NCBI GenBank assembly: GCA_012646185.1
Contig: GCA_012646185.1_4706.1
Length of the DNA: 64,000 nt
Origin: a phage
Direction: 5' to 3' (one strand)
The notes under the pieces were generated by a model. It saw nothing but the letters and a program-made list of their open reading frames with translations. It was not told where the DNA came from and made no database searches. This document shows, one piece after another, positions 49,001 through 56,489 of the stretch (within the stretch, counting starts at the first letter, position 1; every line of letters begins with the position of its first letter). The translations under genes and the position numbers were made by a program.

Positions 49001-49529
49001 CGCTTTCATACCCACCTTCTTTTACTTCTATTTCACGTAAACCCGCAGGTAAAACCAGTAGATGACGAGTCATCGCTTTGAACATGTTCTCTTCGACGAC
49101 TTTAATTCGTAGCTCTCGTTGAGCTGAACCCGTTGAAACGAACTTAATATCAGCGACGTGTTGTGCAAAGAACCCGTACCCTGTCTGTCCTGTTAACGCA
49201 TCAGACGCAACGAAGTCGCGTTGTTCAGGATCCCAACGCGCGTACGCCTTCCCCGACATGATATCGCCATAGAGGTGTTTTAGTCGAATGAGACGATCGT
49301 AGATGACAGGATGTAGGATTTCAACCTTGCATTCAATCACCGCAAATCGACGGTCTCGATCTTCACTACCCGCACTACCAAAGATGGTGTATGAATAGAA
49401 ACCGTCATCGTGGAAATTACCGGTGCTTGGATCACGAATGCTCATGCTCGTGATCTTGGGGAGAAAACGTAACTGCTGTTTATCGAGGTGTAAAATACTA
49501 ATATTAAACGGCTCTCTGACTTTAGCCAT
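45901..49529 (-). CDS. RNA polymerase beta-prime-like subunit, N-terminal fragment type (virion RNAP by synteny); gene interrupted by a group I intron
   Basis: Exon 1 shows GLFxxxIFGP-like (DGFYSYTIFGS), QGKFGSRRVWNSTRNVISAINP (cf. [26 protein letters not shown]) and TRYPVSG (cf. NRAPTLH); splicing 48063..49529 to 45901..46080 gives ...YLAGLGGD-FDGD-TVSVNV... (548 aa); AAGAGGAG SD before the ATG at 49529. Confidence 0.75.
46081..48062 (-). ncRNA. group I intron carrying an HNH homing-endonuclease ORF (mobile intron)
   Basis: Minus strand: 5' exon ends GGT GAT (U); ORF 46515..47987 lies in the 5' part; core follows with P-like GAAAUGCUGGGAAC (plus 46451-46465), Q-like AAUCAGCAGCC (46314-46324), R GUUCAACGACUAAG (46246-46260), S GAUAUAGUCUC (46164-46174), P7 GACUA/UAGUC; ends in G. 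Confidence 0.8.
46515..47987 (-). CDS. HNH homing endonuclease (intron-encoded)
   Basis: 490 aa; HNH_3-type motif VNHLDADKWNYSLDNLEWATRSRNVLH; C-terminal helix-turn-helix-like AKAIGISKPAATSRL; lies entirely within the intron. Confidence 0.8.
   Translation of the reverse strand: MFKWRVSEKEFISIPFLSWIEIDGYGNLRYRDTHVVIPRNGDMVILAGREFNIPALICIAHKNILVDIETQKYVKAMFVDGDESNWDVDNLSYRFEPAYEIAKYPGYRVIPGHTRYLINEKGRVIRRKDGQECRSYPKKDNYVFISLRHDCRDVTRTKVLHRCLMLAWREYPANVDKLDVNHLDADKWNYSLDNLEWATRSRNVLHAIEYGLRDDNKPVLLWDTWNDTVTEYLSITQASVVAGVTDTTMGKHVRKVKLFNNRWVVKFKDDPQPWPDIKSADGNFIGSGIMNQIRIYHPDGSTTVVHSANEASRQTGVKSATVLYRANNNPGWHGPEGYGFEHVNMVLHQQAVERRQQLLDSRPDFIVVVDRDGNETPYKTVVDAAKAIGISKPAATSRLNESYGLVDVNGYMLEYAEPERREYWRDVLRKHYRAVEVTRPDDTKLVVLGARSAENLSQLSATTIRHRVNHPDIKCDKRRKDKWDFRYLNK
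48063..49529 (-). CDS. exon 1 of virion-type beta-prime-like gene (489 codons)
   Basis: ORF-track ORF 48054..49571 trimmed at both ends: start at the SD-supported ATG 49529; the last two track codons (S, I) and the stop are intron sequence. Confidence 0.65.
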
Positions 49530-49591
49530 GGAGACACTCCTCTTTACCACCACCGGCTGCGGCGGTATCATCTGAACACACGAGAGACGTA

Positions 49592-49637
49592 ATGGGTGAT
49601 GGCGTCACCCATCGCTTCCTTGCTTGAGGCGAGGAAG
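49592..49637. promoter_or_regulatory. two adjacent hairpins in divergent intergenic region
   Basis: atgggtga-tggcg-tcacccat (49592-49612) and cttcct..aggaag (49615-49637) between the divergently transcribed RNAP and giant tail-protein genes. Confidence 0.3.
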
Positions 49638-49774
49638 TTACTAGGTTACGTACCTGCCTGATTTTATCAGGTGGGCGATGTGTGAAGTTATGCTTCAACA
49701 TTATCAATGCCGAAGGTAAACTTCGTGCATCACGTTCCAACGTAACATGGGAACGTATCGAACTGGAGGTATAC

Positions 49775-52700
49775 ATGGTAGATAAAACCCGTGTTGAGGG
49801 TGATGATAATTGGGACAACTGGGATGAAGACTTCTCCCTGGATCTCGATTTTAACGAACCCAAAGACGATCGTAAACCGATAACACGCTTTGCGATAGGA
49901 GCGGTTAAAGGTGCTGCTGAAGATCTTACTTCCTACGAAAGAATGAGGGAGATCGCCAGAAACGCATTGCCTAAGGGCTACAGCGACGGTATGGATCTTA
50001 TCGATTCCGCCGTCGGATCCACGAAGGAACTATACAATGAAGCCGTTCGTGACGTTCTTCCTAAGGTCCAAAGCTCAAAACGGTTAGCCGCACAACTGAC
50101 CAAGAAATACCGTGCGAGCATGCCCGATTTCTCGAAGAAAATTCTTGAGCAATGGGAGCAAGAAGCCAAGGAAGAAGACGAACGTAAAAAAGCTGAAGAA
50201 ACCCTTCGTCAACGCATGGCGAGCGCAGGGGACGATGAGATCGCCCGCAAGGTTGCCGAGGCATTAGGCGAATCAGCAAACCAAAGCGCGGATCAGTTCG
50301 CTGAACAGCAAGCGAAAGAGAGTATCCGTGACGATATCGCTGACAAACGGTACGCTGTAACCAACAAACAAATGAGTGCGATGCAAGAAGGCGTCGCCAA
50401 GATGGTTGGTTTCAACAATGAATTCGCTGCGCGCTACATGCGTAAAAGCCTGGAACTGAAATATCGTTCCTTAGCGATTCAGCGTGCAAGTTTCGACCAG
50501 CATAAAAAGTTAGCCGAAGTCTATATCGGTTTATTACAAAACATCCAGAAGAATACGGCTTTACCTGATGCGGCTAAAGCGAAGATGTCGGAAGAATTCC
50601 GTCGTAGTGCATACCAACGTTTCTTTGGTAATGCGTTAGATGCGATGGGTTCTTTCGAGAACCGTTTCTTTGCCGATGTTAAGAAGAACCTCGCCACCAA
50701 CGCATTAGGTGCTTTAAAAGGCGTCGTGTCTGGCGCAAACGATGCGTTATACGGTTTAAACGAAGCACGTGACTCGATGTCCATGATGGACGGGATGGGG
50801 TCAGAAGGCGATATTAAGGAAATGCAAGGAAAGATGTTGGGTCAACTTATCGGCTCAACTGTCGTACCATGGATGGCTGATAAAGGCAGGATGGCGTTAC
50901 GCGATTTAGCAAAACGTCACCCCAATGCTAAATTCGCTAGCGCGTTAAAAGCCGTGGATCAAGGTGGTGAGGCTGCCGCTTACACGACGCGTAATCTCGG
51001 TAAACTGCTCCAGGAAGATATTCGTAAAAACGAATTCAATCTTAGCGATCCGTTTTACAAGCAATTGTTACGCGGTGCAGGGCGTTGGGCTTTCAACATG
51101 GATAGCGGACGTAACTTCCGCGTGATGAACGACACCGCTGAAACACTGGCGGAGCAAACGTCTTTCGACGGTTTAACCTACCGCAGCATCAACGAAGTTA
51201 TTCCAGGCTTTCTTGCACGCATTCTGAAAAGCAGTGAAGGTATCCGCACCGGAAACAGCGATCCTGATTACGAGGTCTATGACGGCATCAGCGGGCAATT
51301 CGTGTCTCAGCGCACGCGTGAACAAAGCGTCAATGACACGCTGTTTAACAAACGTACATTTGGTTATTACGCCAGCCGTTTCAACGAGGTTATCTCGGTC
51401 ATCGATCCCGATAAACAATTATCGGAAAAAGCCAGGAAGGCACTGGCTAAACAGTTGGCACGAGATAGCGACGCGAACATCGCATTCGACCCGGCTCGTT
51501 TTACGGATGAAAGCAACTTCGATCGTAGCATTGACCGTGACGCTATTAAGGAACTTTCCACGTACTTTCGTGACCGTTACGGTATTCGTGATGATGTCAA
51601 CGATAAGGGCGAACGTCATCAGGTCATTGGAAACCGCGGGCAATATTACACGGAACGTAACCGAGCCGACCTTCGCTACGGTAATTTGAAATCGTTACAA
51701 CCGGATATCCAGCGTAACCTTAACCTACTGAAACGTACTGGTGACGTCCAATATCTGGAACGTATTGGTATTGTAACGAGAAATAGCGACGGAAGTTACT
51801 CGGTTAATCACGATAGGTATTTCTCTGAAATCGATCGGTACATCGACCGACCGGAGTACGCTGAACGTAGTGATGTTAATACGCGATTAACCGCTCAGGA
51901 AACAAGAGCGCTGGCGTTGGGTTATCGTGACGCAAAACCATCAGTTGATGACGTCCAAAATGCGGGTCTGCCGAACATCGATCGTAAGGCTGTTGGAACA
52001 GTAACCGTTGATGAAAACATCGGCTACGATAAATGGTGGAACGACACAGGTGTTATCACCACATCGCTTGAAGAACAGAATCGAGCATGGCAAGAGCTTT
52101 ATCTCGAAGCGTTATCTGAAGCATCCGAACAACGTGTTGAGATGCTTGCGTTGCTGAAAGCCATTTCTGAGAAAGACTGGTCTAATAACGTTTCGCTGGA
52201 TGGTGAAGACGTGCCTGAAGGCGCAGCACCTATTTCATTTATTGATCGTGCCAAACAAAAACTTGGCGGACGCAACCTCTTTAAAGGTGGCCGTAATCTC
52301 CTCTGGAAAGGAATTAAAAATACCGCACGTTTAGGTGTTAAAGGCGCGCGCTGGGGTGCAGAACGCACGTTGGGTAGTTTGGTAAATTCCGGCCGACGCA
52401 TTATCAACTTCAACCGCTTCGTGTTCGGTGCGTTATCCAAGGTCGATCAGGTTCCGTTTGACATTTACGTTAAAGGGGAATCCCAACCACGCATACTGGC
52501 TGCCAAACTTCGTCAGGGGTTATACTTCGACGAGGCGACAGGAAAAGCCGTCAAACGGATGAAGGATATCAAAGGCCCACTCGTTGATGCAGATGGAAAC
52601 ATCGTAATCAGCAACGAGGATATCGAGAAAGGGTTGGTCACTCGCGCCGGTCGTGCCTTTGAGAATTCAGGACTTAAAGCATGGGCGCGTGAAGGTCTTA

Positions 52701-55700
52701 ATGGAATCACGACGGTATTAAGTCTCCCACGGATGTTAAAACGCGGTGCGGTCGAGATCTACAAGCAGCTTGACAAAACACCCGACGTTTACGTCAAGGG
52801 AGAATCAACGCCTCGTCTGTTGTCCATGGTGTTAGCAGCGGGTGGGTATTTCCGTCGCTCGGATGGACAAGTCATCAAAAATCTTGAAGACATCGATGGT
52901 GATGTTGTTGATGCACAAGGTAACGTCGTACTTACGCTTGCCGACATGCAGAAAGGACTTGTCGATAAATACGGTAAAGCGATTCGTCGCTTAAAAGAAA
53001 AGCTCATCAACTTCGGTGTGAAAGCTTTCACGTTACCGTTAACGCTGCTACGTAAGACAAAGGACATCCTTAAAGCCCTTCCAGGTAAAACCGTTAACGG
53101 TCTACGACGGATGGGATTAAATGTCCAATCACCCGACGCATTACTGGTGGGAACAACGTCGAGCATGGTAGATCGGCTCGATGCGATTTACCAGCTTCTT
53201 GACCAGCGTATGCCGGGTGGTGATAAGGATTATCGCGATTGGAATGGGGATGGCGTTCGAGAAGGATCGTTGGAAGACCTGAAACGTAAGCGTGAAGCCA
53301 AGGAAAACGGTAAGGATGACACCGGCAAAGATTCCAATAAAGGAGAAGAAAAGGAGAAGAAACGAGGATTACTCGGAAGCCTTTTCGATATGCTTGGCGA
53401 TACCGCATTAGGTAAACGACTCATGGCGAGTCCGCTTGGAAAAATTCTAGGCGGTCTTGGGGCGGTGTTAAGCGGCGGAGCATCGTTAACCGGATTGTTG
53501 GGCAAGGGTCTCATTAGTGGAACCGGCGCGCTAGTCAAGGGAGGACTAAGTGCGGCAGGATGGTTAGGACGTGGTGCGTTAATGGCGGGTGGGGCTGCAT
53601 TGAACGCCGTTGGTGGGTTATCGGGATTAGGTGCATTCCTCATCTCACCTGTTGGGCTTGCTATCGCTGGCGGTGCATTGGCTGCTTATGCTGGATGGAA
53701 GATCTATCAGCATTTCGCCGAGAAGCCTGACCCGATGCAGAAGCTCCGTCTTATTGCATACGGTGCAAAAGGGGACGATAAAGACTTCAATAAGAAGCTG
53801 CTTGCGACAGAAACATACCTCACCGACCATGTGGTTATGACCGGGGATACCATCGGATTCGATCCGAAAGCCGACTCGGAAAAGATTCTCGAAATCTGGG
53901 AATTGTCCCTGGAAGATTCCGACCGAATGAACGAATGGAAACGCTGGTATCTGCATCGTTTTATTCCTGTTTTCGCTCGTGCGTACAAACTCTGGAAAGA
54001 GCATATGCCGGACGAGAAGAAATACATGGAAATGGATAAATATCCGAACGGTGAGAACAAAGTGAAATGGTCGGAAGCGTTTATCTGGCCTTCCGATAGT
54101 CCTGACGGTCCGTATTACGTCGAAGCTAACCCGTTGGGTTCTTCTGGTGCGACGCGTTATATTGCTGGTCAAGACGTCAAAACCTTGATGCTGAAACAAC
54201 TCGAAGCCATCAAGAAAGAGTACCAGAATCAGATCAAACAATACTCTCATGATGAGGCTATTGCTGATTGGTCACGGATGTCTGACACACAGCGTAAATC
54301 CGTTGCGCCTAACGCATTACGTGGTCAGAAAGCGTCGTTACGTTTTAACGATAAACGTTACAACAGCGCTGGTGCTAAAGGACGACAGAAACTGGATGCA
54401 ACCGCGGTTATTGAAAGCGTAGACCGCCGTGGTAGAAAATGGGTTGCCGGTGGATACATCGATGAACTCACCAGTCTCCGTGTTCGCGCGTACGGTATCA
54501 AGGTTCCGTTGTTAAGCCAGATAAAAGTGCTGATGGAACTTGAAGACGCTGTAGAACCTGGCGTTGTCGCTGAAGGTAAAGGTGTTAAATACGGTGGCGA
54601 TCTTGTCGCGCTCTACAAGAAATTCGCGACGAAGTTCGGAAGAGACGTTAACAGCAAGCATGATCAGGATATCTGGTTTGCTTGGATGAACAACCGTTTC
54701 CTGCCCGTCTTTTTAACCTATTACCAACAAGTTAGCGAAATGGGCGGTCAAGGACTTCTGTCCGACGTGGTACAGAACCTGAAAGACAGCCAACGCTGGG
54801 AAATCGGTGAAGCACTTGTCGCAACACAATACCGTGATGAGAAAGGTACACTGCAGCCTGTATGGTCCTGGAATAGTTGTGGTTTCTCCGGTACTGAAGC
54901 TAACACCACCAGCAGTTCAACAAAGAGCCAACTCGATCTGTTAAAAGAATATGCGGATAAAGAGAAGGTTCGTGAGAAGAACGCGGAAGCATCGCAAGAG
55001 GATACCGATAAATTATCGAAGATCCAAGAGCTGATGATGAAGCAGGCTGGGTACGAGAAGAAGGACGGTGTCTGGCAGAAGAAATCTCGCATTACCGGCG
55101 GGATGAGTAACTCCGAAGCGAATTACAACCCCAATAGGAATAAGGTCGGTGAAAGCAGCTTTACGGCTTCGGCTACTTCCAATGCGGGATTGGGATCAAC
55201 CGGCGATCTTACTGGATTGCCTAACATGGGCTTACAGAAACCGGCAATGGGACCAGGTCCTGAAGCTGGACGTCGTGCGCTTGTTAAATCCGCTGTAAAA
55301 CGCGGCATTACCGATCCAATGGAAATGGCGATGTTCCTTGCGAACATCGAACATGAATCGGGGAACTACACTCACGTACGTGAGGGGAACTACAAGACGC
55401 CAGAGCGTCTTAAACAGGTCTTCCCTTACAAATTCCGTGATGTGCAGGATGCCGCACAGACGATCAGCATGGGGCCGGAAGCGGTATTCGAACGTGTGTA
55501 TGGTAATCGTAAAGATCTCGGAAACACACAGAAAGGAGACGGGGCGAAGTATTTAGGACGCGGCTTCATTCAGGTTACCGGTAAAGCTAACTACGCTCGT
55601 CTGTCTAAGACCTTGAATAAGGATCTTGTCAGCGATCCGACCTACCTGGAAACGCCGGAAGGTGCGGCGGAAGGTAGTGTTGCATGGTGGCTCAACCGAG

Positions 55701-56440
55701 GTAACGTATTACGCGATCCCGCAAAACGGGGTGACGTACGCCAAGTTCGTTATCTGGTTAACGGTGGGTTTAACGGATTACGTGATGTTGAACAACGTTC
55801 AGCTTATTGGATTCAGGCGGCTAAGAATGGCACCCTGAAGAAAATGATGGACGAGTTATCAGGGTCAACATCAGACGATCAAGCTGAAGGACCAACCACT
55901 GCCGAACAGGTGAAGAACGAAGCAGCACAAGAGGCAAACGGAACACCTGCTGTAAGCAACGATCCGCAAGCCCCAGCATCTTCTACTACCCCTGAAGCTA
56001 AACCGTCTGCGGCTGCCGGGACGGCCCCAGCACCTGGAGAAGCATCACCAACGCCCGGAAGTTTCGAAACAGCAAAAGCCGCGGCAGGACAACCGACATC
56101 AACTCCAGCACCTAGCGATTTGCCGTCAAACCCGGGTGCAAATCGAGGGATATCGGTTCCGAATACACCTGCACAGGTTGCGCAGTCTGCGACACAAACG
56201 TCGGCTGCAAGTGAGAACTTCTACGGTAGCGCAGGTGAAATTCTCCGACAGCAGCTGACCACGCAGCAGAACATCGAGAAGAACACCGGTAGAACGAATG
56301 AACTTATTTCGGAATTAATCCAAGCCGTTAAGGGTTCTTCTATCGGTAAGGGTTCTGCAAGTCCTTCTCAACAACAGGCGATGTCGCTACCTAATCGTCC
56401 GCAAGGAATCTCTCCAACACGGACAAGGTACGCACAGTAG
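49775..56440 (+). CDS. giant tail-associated protein with C-terminal GH19 (chitinase-like) peptidoglycan hydrolase domain
   Basis: ORF track 49682..56440 trimmed to the ATG at 49775 (GGAGGT SD); ~2,220 aa; Gly/Ala/Leu-rich hydrophobic segment (approx. 53400-53700); GH19 signatures AMFLANIEHESGNY, YLGRGFIQVTGKANY and SVAWWLNRG at approx. 55270-55830; positional analogue of phiKZ gp181. Confidence 0.8.
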   Translation: MVDKTRVEGDDNWDNWDEDFSLDLDFNEPKDDRKPITRFAIGAVKGAAEDLTSYERMREIARNALPKGYSDGMDLIDSAVGSTKELYNEAVRDVLPKVQSSKRLAAQLTKKYRASMPDFSKKILEQWEQEAKEEDERKKAEETLRQRMASAGDDEIARKVAEALGESANQSADQFAEQQAKESIRDDIADKRYAVTNKQMSAMQEGVAKMVGFNNEFAARYMRKSLELKYRSLAIQRASFDQHKKLAEVYIGLLQNIQKNTALPDAAKAKMSEEFRRSAYQRFFGNALDAMGSFENRFFADVKKNLATNALGALKGVVSGANDALYGLNEARDSMSMMDGMGSEGDIKEMQGKMLGQLIGSTVVPWMADKGRMALRDLAKRHPNAKFASALKAVDQGGEAAAYTTRNLGKLLQEDIRKNEFNLSDPFYKQLLRGAGRWAFNMDSGRNFRVMNDTAETLAEQTSFDGLTYRSINEVIPGFLARILKSSEGIRTGNSDPDYEVYDGISGQFVSQRTREQSVNDTLFNKRTFGYYASRFNEVISVIDPDKQLSEKARKALAKQLARDSDANIAFDPARFTDESNFDRSIDRDAIKELSTYFRDRYGIRDDVNDKGERHQVIGNRGQYYTERNRADLRYGNLKSLQPDIQRNLNLLKRTGDVQYLERIGIVTRNSDGSYSVNHDRYFSEIDRYIDRPEYAERSDVNTRLTAQETRALALGYRDAKPSVDDVQNAGLPNIDRKAVGTVTVDENIGYDKWWNDTGVITTSLEEQNRAWQELYLEALSEASEQRVEMLALLKAISEKDWSNNVSLDGEDVPEGAAPISFIDRAKQKLGGRNLFKGGRNLLWKGIKNTARLGVKGARWGAERTLGSLVNSGRRIINFNRFVFGALSKVDQVPFDIYVKGESQPRILAAKLRQGLYFDEATGKAVKRMKDIKGPLVDADGNIVISNEDIEKGLVTRAGRAFENSGLKAWAREGLNGITTVLSLPRMLKRGAVEIYKQLDKTPDVYVKGESTPRLLSMVLAAGGYFRRSDGQVIKNLEDIDGDVVDAQGNVVLTLADMQKGLVDKYGKAIRRLKEKLINFGVKAFTLPLTLLRKTKDILKALPGKTVNGLRRMGLNVQSPDALLVGTTSSMVDRLDAIYQLLDQRMPGGDKDYRDWNGDGVREGSLEDLKRKREAKENGKDDTGKDSNKGEEKEKKRGLLGSLFDMLGDTALGKRLMASPLGKILGGLGAVLSGGASLTGLLGKGLISGTGALVKGGLSAAGWLGRGALMAGGAALNAVGGLSGLGAFLISPVGLAIAGGALAAYAGWKIYQHFAEKPDPMQKLRLIAYGAKGDDKDFNKKLLATETYLTDHVVMTGDTIGFDPKADSEKILEIWELSLEDSDRMNEWKRWYLHRFIPVFARAYKLWKEHMPDEKKYMEMDKYPNGENKVKWSEAFIWPSDSPDGPYYVEANPLGSSGATRYIAGQDVKTLMLKQLEAIKKEYQNQIKQYSHDEAIADWSRMSDTQRKSVAPNALRGQKASLRFNDKRYNSAGAKGRQKLDATAVIESVDRRGRKWVAGGYIDELTSLRVRAYGIKVPLLSQIKVLMELEDAVEPGVVAEGKGVKYGGDLVALYKKFATKFGRDVNSKHDQDIWFAWMNNRFLPVFLTYYQQVSEMGGQGLLSDVVQNLKDSQRWEIGEALVATQYRDEKGTLQPVWSWNSCGFSGTEANTTSSSTKSQLDLLKEYADKEKVREKNAEASQEDTDKLSKIQELMMKQAGYEKKDGVWQKKSRITGGMSNSEANYNPNRNKVGESSFTASATSNAGLGSTGDLTGLPNMGLQKPAMGPGPEAGRRALVKSAVKRGITDPMEMAMFLANIEHESGNYTHVREGNYKTPERLKQVFPYKFRDVQDAAQTISMGPEAVFERVYGNRKDLGNTQKGDGAKYLGRGFIQVTGKANYARLSKTLNKDLVSDPTYLETPEGAAEGSVAWWLNRGNVLRDPAKRGDVRQVRYLVNGGFNGLRDVEQRSAYWIQAAKNGTLKKMMDELSGSTSDDQAEGPTTAEQVKNEAAQEANGTPAVSNDPQAPASSTTPEAKPSAAAGTAPAPGEASPTPGSFETAKAAAGQPTSTPAPSDLPSNPGANRGISVPNTPAQVAQSATQTSAASENFYGSAGEILRQQLTTQQNIEKNTGRTNELISELIQAVKGSSIGKGSASPSQQQAMSLPNRPQGISPTRTRYAQ

Positions 56441-56452
56441 TCATTAGTTAAG

Positions 56453-56471
56453 GGCGGGAGATTCCCGCCCT
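56453..56471 (+). terminator. GC-rich hairpin (8-bp stem) after giant gene
   Basis: gggcggga-gat-tcccgccc followed by tcttctt; may act as an attenuator since the next gene is co-oriented. Confidence 0.45.
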
Positions 56472-56489
56472 CTTCTTGAGGAATGTTAC

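Noticed and set aside
48054-49571. Reading the 505-aa ORF as a complete gene ending ...LGGDSI
   Set aside because: That product would lack the DFDGD catalytic triad; the intron model restores it, so the last two codons and the stop are treated as intron sequence
50061-55838. Numerous short ORFs on both strands inside the giant tail-protein gene (for example 53230..53643, 53645..54250, 54748..55092)
   Set aside because: Alternative frames of a single continuous 6.7-kb ORF with a strong SD; several are Pro/Ser/Arg-rich, typical of out-of-frame translation
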